Source: the human T2T-CHM13v2.0 reference genome, Homo sapiens
NCBI RefSeq assembly: GCF_009914755.1
Contig: NC_060934.1
Length of the DNA stretch: 64,000 bases
Reading direction: 5' to 3' (one strand)
Shown here: positions 52,975-64,000 of the stretch, piece after piece
Layout: the number at the start of each line of letters is the position of its first letter
Numbering within the stretch: position 1 is the stretch's first letter
Made by a program: the position numbers and the translations under genes
Notes under the pieces: model-generated
The model's database searches: none
What the model saw: the letters and a program-made list of their open reading frames with translations, nothing else
What the model was told of the DNA's origin: nothing

Positions 52975-53310
52975 ATGAAGTAGCAATACATGCTGTAACA
53001 TGGATAAACCTTGCAAATGTGCTAAGAAAAAAATGGACACAAAAAGCCACATATTATATAATTCTATTTACATAAAATGTAATAGGCAAACAGAATATAG
53101 AGACAGAAAGCAGATTAGTGATTGCAGGGGCTGAGGAAAGTGGGGAGTGAAGAGTGGTTGCTTAATGAGTTCAGGTTTTCCTCTTGGGCTGATAAAAATG
53201 CTCTGGAATATACATTAGTGACAGTAACACAATATTATGAATGTAATGGAAACCACTGAATCATACACTTGAATGGTTAAAATGGTGAATTTTACCTCAA
53301 TATAACAAAA
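52975..53310 (+). mobile_element. L1MB-like 3'UTR fragment
   Basis: atacatgctgtaacatggataaacc...agacagaaagcagattagtg; may continue the 31900-32430 piece. Confidence 0.6.
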
Positions 53311-53751
53311 GTAGAAAAATTATCATGTACACAGTTACAGCTATGTAAAAAAATATATATAAGTATAGGGGAAAGGACTAAAAGAATAGTTTTTAAAAGA
53401 CTTAGGTGGGTTGAGGTTTTTTTCTATTTTTCAAACTTTTTATTAACATCATATTGTTTTCACAACAAAAAAAGATAATTATCATATATTGAGTACCTAC
53501 TACATATTAAGCACTGTGCTAGGCATTTTGAATCAAGAGTGTTTTCCAGCCTGCTGGATAAACAGAAAACATCTGACAGAAACATGGAATAGAGCAAATG
53601 TATCTAGTTCTAGGGGGAAAAACTGAATGCCTTAGTTATCTATTGCTGTATGACAAACTATCCCTAAACATGGCAGCTTTAAACAATAAATATTTAGCAA
53701 ATATCTCTGTGTATTTAAAGGCATGGGCATAGATGAGCTCTCTAAGGTCAA

Positions 53752-54770
53752 CGTGGTGGTTAATTTTACGTATCAACTCGACTGGGCTAACGGATGCTGT
53801 GATGGTTAATACTGAGTATCAACTTGATTGGATTGAAGGATGCAAAGTATTGTTCCTGGGTGTGTCTGTGAGGGTGATGTCAAAGGAGATAAATATTTGA
53901 GTCAGTGGACTGAGAGAGGCAGACCCACCCTCACTCTGGGTGGGCACCATCTAATCAGCTGCTAATGCGGCTAGAATAAAGCAGGCAGAAGTTGGAAAGA
54001 ACAGACTTGCTGAGTGTTCCGACTTTCATCTTTCTCCTGTGGTGGATGCTTCCTGCCCTCGAACATCAGACTCAAAGTTCTTCAGCTTTTGGACTCTTAG
54101 ACTTACACCGGTGGTTTGCCAGGGGCTCTCAGGCCTTTGGCCACAGACTGAAGGCTGTTGCACTGTCAGCTTCCCTACTTTTGAGGTTTTGGGACTCAGA
54201 GTGATCCACCACTGGCTTCCTTGCTCCTCAATCTGCGGACAGCCTATCGTGGGACTTTACCTTCTGATCGTGTGAGTCAATTCTCCTTAATAAACTCTCT
54301 TTAATATATACGTCTATCCTATTAGTTCTGTCCCTCTAGAGAACCCTGATTAATACAGATGTCCAGATATCTGGTAAAATGTTATCTATGGGTGTGTTTG
54401 TGAGGGTATCTCCAGAAGTGATAAACATCTGCATCAGTAGACTGAGTAAAGAAGACCACCCTCACCAATGCAGGCAGGAAGTATCCAATCCACTGAGGGC
54501 CTAAATAGAACAAAAAGGCAGAGGAAGGGCAAATTTTTTCTCTCTTTTATTGAGCTGAGATATCCATCTTTTCCTGCCCCCAGACATCAGCATTCTTGGT
54601 TTTTGAGCTTTCAGACCCAAACTGAACTATACCACCAGTTTTCCTGGTTCTCCAGCTTGCGGATGGCAGATCTTGAGACTTCTCAGCCTCCTTAACCACA
54701 TAAAACAATTCCTATAATAAATCTCCTCATGTGTATATGTATATACACACACACACACACATATATATAA

Positions 54771-54818
<48 letters not shown>

Positions 54819-54854
54819 CTTAGCCACTCTGTTTCTCTAGAGAACCCTAATACA
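53752..54854 (+). mobile_element. MLT2C/D-like ERVL LTR with nested MLT2A and an internal (CA)/(TA) microsatellite
   Basis: 5-bp TSD gtcaa at 53747-53751 and 54855-54859; ends gagaaccctaataca. Confidence 0.85.
53798..54357 (+). mobile_element. MLT2A1/A2 (HERV-L) solo LTR
   Basis: tgtgatggttaatactgag...ccctgattaataca; TSD gatgc/gatgt. Confidence 0.9.
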
Positions 54855-56006
54855 GTCAAGGAAAAAGACTTGGTTTTCCTATATAATTTAATAGCCCCCC
54901 AAAAAATAAGAATTAGTAAAAGGAATGACAGTATCTTGTAAAGAAATAAAATGGTGCTATAATCATAATTCCTTAAAGTTATAAGATGGGTGGTCTGCGG
55001 ATCTAGTTGTGCCCCAATTATAATCCCAATACATTGATCATAGCTGTATTTTAATGTAATCCTTAAAATTGTCCATTTCAGTTGCCTTTATAAAAACCGC
55101 ACTACATCAACCCCATATATAGAGCTTGTCCATAGAGTTTTATAGGGAATCAATTCAATTCTATAAATAACTGGGTATAAGATTTCATTCTTAATAAGCT
55201 TATTCTGCCCTTCGACATCTGATTTGGTTTAAAAAAAATAGATTAAGATGTCTTTGGTAAGTCCAGATCTCTGCTATTACAAAGTCAAAGAAAACTACTT
55301 TTTTGAGAATTTGAGGTTGAATATTACACTGGTATCACACATTTAAGAAAAGAAGACCCCATCCTTCTTGATTCTTCTTCTTACTTCTTAATTGGCCATG
55401 GCATTAAGAGACTGCTTAGGTAGGAAAATCCTGTAAGTAAGCTGCCCCTACCTAAGCTGCTTAGGTAGGAAAATCCTGTAAGTACTAACTAGGATATATC
55501 TTCAATCTTCTTCAAACATTTATGTATAAGTACCACAGTGACTAAAATCCAACCCACAATTAATTGCTGAAGCTTTAAAAGTACGGTCATTTGCAATGCA
55601 GCAATTCCTTGATAATTATTTCCATCACTTTTCACGATACCTTTAATTTACTGACTAAATCTTAATGAAGGTTTTATTGCCAGTAACTTCATAATTTTCT
55701 TTGTCCAATTAGTACTAAGTCCTCTCACATATGGTATCCAAAACATATACCTAGAGTTATTCTCCAATTCATATAAAATTACAGAAAAGAAATCCTAAAT
55801 AGTGGCAAAGCCTCTAAAACTCTGCAGTTGTTGTCAAACCTATTCCTTTTGAGTGAAGTGCAAAAGCACACAAGGCAGCTAAGTTAATATTACCATACTT
55901 TGATCACCTCTTGTTGGTTACTATGTGTTTTGTGTGAAATTTTCATAATACAATTGTGTAAAAGAAAGAACAAGGATTTGGGGTCTGATTGGCCTAGCTT
56001 GAATTG

Positions 56007-56526
56007 TGTGGTAGGCAAAAATCTAAGATGTCCCCAAGATTCCCACCCCTGCTGTTACACTCCCTAAATAATCCCCTTCACTTGTGCAGGACTTGTGAAT
56101 ATAATAGAATAATCACTTTGATAACTGCATTCTATTATATAAAACTCCATTGTAGCAGACTATAGAGGAATTATCGTGCTGACCTTGAAGAAGCAAACTA
56201 CCATGTTGTGGAAACAGCCACACGGCAAGGAAAAAAGTGGGTAGCCTATAGGAACTGAAAACGCCCCCCTACTGACAACCAGCAAGTCTTACAACCATAG
56301 GAGCTAAATTCTGCCAACAACTAGTTATCTTAGAAGAGGACGCCAAACCTCAGATGAGATTGCAGCCCCAGTCACCACCTTGAGACCTGATGAGACCCTA
56401 AGCAAAGAACCCAGTCAACACATAACCACATTCCTCACCCACAGAAACTATGAGGTAATAAATTTGTGTTGTTTTACGCCACTAAGTTTATGGTTCTTTC
56501 TTATGCAGCAATAGAAAACGAATACA
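56007..56526 (+). mobile_element. MLT1-type MaLR LTR
   Basis: tgtggtaggcaaaa...gcagcaatagaaaacgaataca. Confidence 0.75.
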
Positions 56527-56884
56527 AGTCACATGCCCATTCCTTGGCCAGAGGAGGGTGGGATATCTTGATTGACAGATAAAGTAAAGTTTCATCCAAT
56601 GGCAGAGGGGTGGTGCCCCTTAAGTACAATTAAGGTGTCAGTATCAGTTGGGAGGATAGATATTGGAATAAAGAACAAAAATTACCCATCACAACACATT
56701 CGTTATCTGACATATGCCTTCAACATTCAACTCGTGACTCTTCCCTACTGGAGGCATTGTCTACTGCCATCTACACGTCTCAATTTATATGCCATTGTGC
56801 CAGAGACTAACAAATAATACATGAGGGCAACAAAATGAGTGAGAACACTAAGCTAATATTACAAGTTATACCCCTGTCTGCCAA

Positions 56885-57712
56885 TACACTCATGTGTCAC
56901 TTAATGATATGTTCTGAAAAATCCATCCTTAGATGATTTCATCATTGCGCAAACATTATAGAGTGCACTTACACTAACCTAGATGGTATGGACTACCACA
57001 CACTTAGTCTATATAATACAGCCCATGGTGTCCCCAACTGGTACCGGTCCGTGGCCTGTTAGGAACCGGGCCACACAGCAGGAGGTGAGCGGGTGAGAGA
57101 GAAAGCTTCATCTGTATTTACAGCCATTCCCCATTGCTCACATTACCGCCTGAGCTCCACCTCCTGTCAGATCAGCATTAGATTCTCATAGGAGCATGAA
57201 CCCTACTGTAAAGTGCACAACCTACTGTGATGTAGGTTGTGTGTTCCTTATGAGAATCTAATGCCTGATGATCTGTCACTGCCTCCCATCACCCCCAGAT
57301 GGGACTGTCTAGTTACAGGAAAACAAGCTCAGGGCTCCCACTGATTCTACATTATGGTGAGCTGTGTATTTCATTATATATTACAATGTAATAATAATAG
57401 AAATAAAGTGCACAATAAATGTAATGTGCTTAAATCATCCCAAAACCATCCCGTGGAAAATTATCTTCCACAAAACTGGTCTCTGGTACCAAAAAGGTTA
57501 GCGACCACTGGTGTAGCCTGTTGCTCCTAGACTACAAACCTGTACAACATATTCAGTAGGCAACTGTAACACAATAGTGTTTGTGTATATAAACATATCT
57601 ATCTAAACACAGAAAAGATACAGTGAAAATACAGTATTAAAGTTTTATGGGACTGCTGCTATATATGTGGTCCAGCATTGACCCAAATGTCGTTATGAGG
57701 CACATGACTGTA
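56885..57712. mobile_element. Tigger3/MER7-like DNA transposon interrupted by MER1
   Basis: Terminal inverted repeats tacactcatgtgtcacttaatga / tcgttatgaggcacatgactgta with TA ends. Confidence 0.7.
57024..57510. mobile_element. MER1A-like (hAT-Charlie) element
   Basis: ggtaccggtccgtggcctgttaggaacc...aaaaaggttagcgaccactg; degenerate 8-bp TSD atacagcc/gtgtagcc. Confidence 0.8.
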
Positions 57713-58051
57713 ATTAGCTATGTGAACTTGGGCAAGCTATTCATGGGCCACGGTTTCCTGCCTGTAGATGAAGAGATTGGACTAACTTTAATGGTTCTTC
57801 CAGCATTAAACTTCTATGATTTTATAAAATGCTCCCAAAACCATCAAAATAATTTAAAATAAATTTCTGATTTGCTATAAAAGAACAAAGAAATGCCATA
57901 CTGCTCCCAATCACATGCCCTGTTCCTCCCAGTATTCTGTCTGCCTCTGAACATGGCACCAAGAAAGGTTTTCTGAGAAAGCCAAAACATATTTGCCTTC
58001 CACACCCAAATTAGCTTAATTGAAACCGCCACATAAAAGAACAGAAACACG

Positions 58052-58374
<323 letters not shown>

Positions 58375-59088
58375 TCATCAGGATTACCACTGGACCTTTA
58401 CCAACTGAAATTTGCATATGGTTGCAAAACAATGTTTTATGATATTATTGTCACGAATTAGGAACATATGAATTTTACTTCTGTATTCCTAACTTGCCGC
58501 TCACTGCATTAAATGACAATGCTAAAGACCTAAGGTTGGAGCCAAAAGAACTCATTTGGATTTGGAAATTCACACTTTTGGGGGCGGGGGGAATCAACAA
58601 TTTTGATCTCGGCTCATTCTAGCACTATGATAAATCAGCCAAAAAAAAAAAAAAAAATTATTTCACTGTTTTAAAAGCCTACATTAACTCAAACAAGCTA
58701 AAAGTTAAATGTTAAATATAGGTATTTCCCTGGAAATGTTGCAAAGACATTTTAATCACAACTGTTCTCACAAAATACACAATAACTTTATAATCGATCA
58801 TTTTCCCCATTGTCTTGCTTTCCCCTCCCCCCCCCAAAAAAAAAAAAGCCCTCTCAAAGTAAAAACTTTGAGCAATGTTAACCATAATCAATTCCCATTA
58901 CTGTCAAGCTTTTAAGCGAGTGAAGAGGATTCTTTAAAGGGGAAGGGAAGGTTACAGAAGAAAAGGAACTTCCAGTAAACATTATCAACATTCAACTGCA
59001 CAGAAGGAAAGATAAAAAGGGCTTCAAGATCAAAATACAACGAGTAAAATTAGGTAAGGTTAAATTCTAAGTTATCTCAGGGTATAGG

Positions 59089-59539
59089 TAAGGGAGGAGA
59101 CCACCCCTCATATTGTCTCATGCCCAATTTCTGCCTCCAAAGAAAGAAGAAGTAAAAACTAAAAGGCAGAAATGAAATCCACAGGCAGACAGCCCGGCGC
59201 CACACCCTGGCCCTGGTAGTTAAAGATCGACCCCTGACCTAATCAGTTATGTTATCTACAGATTAGGGACATTGTATAGAAAAGCACTATCCTATTCTGT
59301 TCCATTCTAATTACCGGTGCATGCAGCCCCCAGTCACGTACTCCCTGCTTGCCCAATTGATCACGACCCTCTCACGCGGACCCCCTTAGAGTTGTAAGCC
59401 CTTAAGTGGGACAGGAATTGCTTACTCGGGGAGCTCGGTTTTTCAGACGTTAAGTCTTGCCGATGCTCCCAGCCAAATAAAGCCCTTCCTTCTTTAACTG
59501 GGTGTCTAAGGAATTTTGTCTGCAGCTAGTCCTGCTACG
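59089..59539 (+). mobile_element. LTR2 (HERV-E) solo LTR
   Basis: taagggaggagaccacccctcatattgtc...gtcctgctacg; 4-bp TSD tagg on both sides. Confidence 0.88.
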
Positions 59540-60953
59540 TAGGTACAATCTAAGGACAAGATTTAAAAAACAAAAATGTAGTTCTTGGACAATATCTATT
59601 GGAAAAAGTGCAAGTGAATTTTGTGTTTACGATAAAATTCATGCCTGGCAATGTCGGGAATTACTTTGTTCCCATGCAGTATTCATAGAGAAAATGGGAT
59701 CCCTCCTGTAGCTCTGCCAAAATTTAAAAAAAAAAAAAATTCCTAAAAGAACAATCTCAGACAAAATTTATCCTTACAAGTCTCAAATATTCTGCTCTCT
59801 TCCACAATTAAATGGGTGTAGACACTCAGCACCATAATTTGGTTTCGAGAAATGGTATGGAAGGTCTCAAGAAAAGTTACACACCTTATCAAGTGGAGTC
59901 ACAACATAGAGGCTTCCAAAGGTCGAGTTGCCTTCCTGCCTTATTATGAAATGTACCATTATGAGAAGGGCAGTGGGGTTTCCATGAACACTCCTAGAAA
60001 CTTCAACTAGTAAAAGGCCTTCTGTTACTTTTCTCAAATTGCCCATCGACAGAACTTGGCGCTTCTGTGGCGCTACGTGACAAGGGCTGCGCATGCGCTC
60101 TGGGATCAGCCAGGCCCACCCGCGGCACAACCCCAGGCCTCAGTGCCGTCAGGTGGGCTAAGACAGAACAGACCTCGGTTCTCAGGGCTTTAACGAAATA
60201 ACGCGGGTAAAGCACCTAGGGCAGAAGCCACACAGAACACCAGAAGGCATTAATGGCATTTAAAGGTATTGAATGCAGACTAATGCGCAGAACTTGGTTC
60301 TCAGACCACGTCCGCGGCCACCCCTCTCCTGAGAGAGCAGAGAGCACACTTGCAGCCTGACATCTCCCAGTTGAGCTCGGCAATGAAGGGATCACTGGGG
60401 ATTTAAAAAATGGGAGACGGCTGCTTGGGCAGAAGCCCGAGGGGGCGGGCGGGGGGGGGGAAGGGACGAGCCCACAGGCAGCATCCCGACACCTCACACT
60501 TCCTGCCTCAATGCACAGAAGAAAGTGTTCTGAAGGCGACGCCCCCAGTCTTGGCGGGAAACGCCGCGGAAGACGCTTCTCTCGCAGAAATGCCAAATTT
60601 TCGGGAGCGCGGGCTCGCAGCACGTAACAGAACAGATCTTTTTGTTTCACGGCCCTCTCGTAGACCTAATAAGCGCGAGGGCGAAAACCAGGTCAGCGAC
60701 CAGAAGCCAGGCAAGGTTGCGATTTTCGGAGCACAGCGAAGGGGAGAGTTTCTAAGTTCTGAATGTACCTCTATTTAGGGTGGTTTCTATTATTTCTTCG
60801 CGTCTACCCTGTAGTTGCCGCACCCTGAGCCCTCAGCCCCGCCGCTTCGCACGGAGCGGAGCTCAGAGGGTGCGCGCTCCGCCCTTTCGCGGGCCTGGCA
60901 TGAGCGCAGTGGTTGTTACACTAAAGTGTCTCCGCCTGTCGAATATTCTCGTG

Positions 60954-61035
60954 GCAGCGATGGCCGAGTGGTTAAGGCGTTGGACTTGAAATCCAATGGG
61001 GTCTCCCCGCGCAGGTTCGAACCCTGCTCGCTGCG
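60954..61035 (+). tRNA. TRS-TGA1-1: tRNA-Ser, anticodon TGA, 82 nt, no intron
   Basis: Acceptor stem GCAGCGA/TCGCTGC plus discriminator G; A box tggccgagtgg; anticodon stem ttgga/tccaa with TGA at 60987-60989; long variable arm ggggtctcccc; B box ggttcgaaccc. Confidence 0.97.
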
Positions 61036-61055
61036 GAAGCGGGTGCTCTTATTTT
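61036..61055 (+). ncRNA. Pre-tRNA 3' trailer matching tRF-1001 (cand45 / tRF_U3_1)
   Basis: GAAGCGGGTGCTCTTATTTT lies between the RNase Z cut site and the oligo(T); matches the recalled tRF-1001 sequence. Confidence 0.85.
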
Positions 61056-61068
61056 TTTCTATTTTTTT
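61052..61068 (+). terminator. Pol III oligo(T) terminator (two T7 runs)
   Basis: T7 at 61052-61058 and a second T7 at 61062-61068. Confidence 0.9.
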
Positions 61069-61546
61069 AAATAAACACCTTCAAATGAAAACTTTTACTC
61101 TTCTCTGTATTTTCAATGCCTGTCAGCTAAATGGCGCGCCTACGGAGTGGTTTTATACGCTGTAGAAAAGCGAATAAATGTCAGTGCTGCAAACATGTAC
61201 TGTTTACACCAAGAGGAAAATCCTTCCACTGTCCTAAAAGGCAAGGTAACTCTTCGTGCTCCATGAGAAGAGCAAGGTGGCAAAATAGAAATAAAATGAA
61301 TATAAATATTGACGCAAGTTTTCGGGCTATCACAGCCTGAGCAAGCTATCAGCTCACTAAAACTAAGAAAAAGCTATGCCACCTTCCCTTCCATCCCAGA
61401 ATCACTTCCGACGGTTTCCAGACCACATCCAAAAGTGGTATGAAATGGGAAATAATAAAAGCAATTTTAAAGTTCTACTTATAAAGCATCTTAGATACAT
61501 CCACATAATGGAACACTATGCATGTAAGCATTAAAATGATGTTAAT

Positions 61547-61846
61547 GGCCGGGCGCGGTGGCTCACGCTTGTAATCCCAGCACTTTGGGAGGCCGAGGCG
61601 GGCGGATCACGAGGTCATGAGATCGAGACCATCCTGGCTAACACGGTGAAACCCCGTCTCTACTAAAAATACAAAAAAATTAGCCGGGCGTGATGGCGGG
61701 CGCCTGTAGTCCCAGCTACTCAGGAGGCTGAGGCAGGAGAATGGCGTGAACCCGGGAGGCGGAGCTTGCAGTGAGCCGAGATTGCGCCACTGCACTTCCA
61801 CCTGGGCCACAGAGCGAGACTCCGTCTCAAAAAAAAAAAAAAAAAA
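61547..61846 (+). mobile_element. Young AluY
   Basis: CpG-intact dimer, pure A tail, TSD aaaatgatgttaat at 61533-61546 and 61847-61860. Confidence 0.94.
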
Positions 61847-62536
61847 AAAATGATGTTAATGATGTGTGAGGGCCTTCCCAATGCATTGCCAAATGCAAAA
61901 AGGACAGATCAAAAAACAGCACATCATACTATGATCATATTTTTGTTAAGCAACTCATGTATATACCCATCTATGTGGGAAGAATGGGAGAGAAAGAGAG
62001 AGATGGAGAATGAATGGAGGCTGGAAAGAAATACACCAAAGTGTTAGCAGGGATTATTATCCCTGGGTGGTGTGATTTGGGAAGATTTTTATTTTCTTAA
62101 ATAATTTTTTCCTTAACTGGGTTTTCTAAAATTTGTACATGGACCCAGTATTATGTTTTAAATAAGAAAATTGTGAGGTTAGTCTTTGGGACCCTACACA
62201 TCCCCTGTCTGCTACCTTTAACCCACTTTCACCATATCTCTCCCACCCCATGTTTCCCAGGTGCTCTTATGGACATACCTGATACCTCAAGGCTAGGGAT
62301 AGTTTTCTGTGGTATCTACGTGGATTCCACGCACACAGCCCCATCCTATTTGAGACTTGGCTGAACACACACACTCACCACATTTACATTTTCAATCCAT
62401 CCTCTCTGCCCAATCCCCTCCCTTTCTGCCCCCATTTAAGTCACTTACAAGCAGCTGCATTAGTTTCCTAACTGGTCACCTTTCCTTTATCAGTCAGGAT
62501 TACATTCAGCTGCAAATAACAGCAAATCCAATTCTA

Positions 62537-62987
<451 letters not shown>

Positions 62988-63789
62988 GTTAATCCAAGAA
63001 GAGATATCCAAAATCCAAAACTATAAATTAAAACATTCCATCAAAAAGGCAAATTAATGATCAATTTTATTTCTAAATGGTACTCTCCAAGCTGTAAAGG
63101 TAGCTTCGTGAAATCATATCTTACTGTTTCAAGAAATTTTTTCAAATAAATAATCACTTGTCACCATTTTTTAAAAAAGAAAGAAAGAACAAAGAAATCT
63201 GGGCATAGGAAATTCTCAGATGGAACAGGAAACAGGCCTCTTTCCATCTTTCTGCTCTGCCATTTTTAATATGCATATACAGCTTTTCATCTCATAGTCC
63301 CAATATGGTTGCTATACCTTCAGACCTTACACATGCATTCAGCCAAGAAGGGGAGAGACAAGAACCCTCTTTTATATCTCATTTACCCAAACTATGTATC
63401 ATGGCTATCATTAGCTAGAAGGAATCTTGAGGAAGTTTAGCTGGGTATATTGCTCCCCAAATTGAAATTGGGAAGGAAGAAAATTAGATGGTACTAAGTG
63501 AAAATCAGTTACGTCTACCACAGTCCTATAACAGGAAAGTCAAAGCTTATAGACATTGGGCTTTCAAGACAAGTCCCCTGCCTTCCTTTCTGGCCTTCCC
63601 ACCCTTCTCCTCCTTCTCCTTTGGAGTTATTGGAAGACCTCCCAGTGCTGCATGCTGGCTCATACCTTTGGGCCTTTTTAACTGTTCACATGCAACTACC
63701 TGGAATATCTTCACCCTTGTCCCCTCACTAGAGGAAGAGGGCTACCTAGCATTTGAAATCCCTTCTTATTTAGGGCACTTGCTTTCCTT

Positions 63790-63960
63790 TTGAACCTAGG
63801 TGTGAGGCTGTAATCCACTCCCAACCCCACTCCCAGCATAGAAGCTGAAAAAGTCACATACTTGCTGTCTCAGCCTCCCTTGCAGCTGAGGAGGCAGCAT
63901 GTGACCTAGACTCGGCCAATCAGATGTGCCCATCTCCAACTTTCAATCAAGAGCTATTAT
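63790..63960. mobile_element. LTR33-like ERVL fragment
   Basis: cctcccttgcagctgagg...catgtgacctag...ggccaatcagatg; recall only. Confidence 0.4.
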
Positions 63961-64000
63961 TAATAATACAAAAAGCAGGTAGGATAGAAATCCACCCTTG

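Larger units (their letters stand above)
60040..61150. promoter_or_regulatory. CpG-rich island with Pol II promoter-type motifs next to the tRNA gene
   Basis: Only CpG-dense non-repeat stretch; NRF1-type tgcgcatgcgc 60088-60098; GC boxes near 60442 and 60877; ETS-type cacttcctg near 60498. Confidence 0.7.

Noticed and set aside
60216-61165. ORFs of 116-144 aa over the CpG island
   Set aside because: No recognisable homology; expected by chance in GC-rich DNA; one overlaps the tRNA

Overview
Primate (very likely human) genomic DNA, dominated by transposable elements, with no intact protein-coding gene. Non-repeat landmarks: (1) a processed AKR1B10/AKR1B15-family pseudogene (46370-48011) whose 5' leader is the R-U5 part of an ERV9 LTR12, all inside one target-site duplication (TSD) within an old L1; (2) a CpG-rich promoter-like island (~60040-61150) carrying an intact tRNA-Ser(TGA) whose 3' trailer matches tRF-1001. 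From memory, this combination fits human 10q21.3 near the 5' end of CTNNA3 (not verified here). The rest is L1s (several nested), a complete THE1 provirus with two L1 insertions, solo LTRs (LTR2, MLT2, MER31, LTR16-like), many Alus, DNA-transposon remnants and a 2.4 kb AT-rich tract. The most interesting signals are: the LTR12-initiated AKR1B retrocopy with a mixed B10/B15 sequence; an L1 integrated from a spliced RNA (97-nt first exon); patchy sharing of unusual variants among neighbouring L1s, suggesting gene conversion; one L1 ORF1 bond hit independently from both strands; and several templated-inversion repair scars. I see no evidence for a new protein-coding system. Repeat subfamily names and consensus comparisons are from recall and need Dfam/RepeatMasker confirmation.
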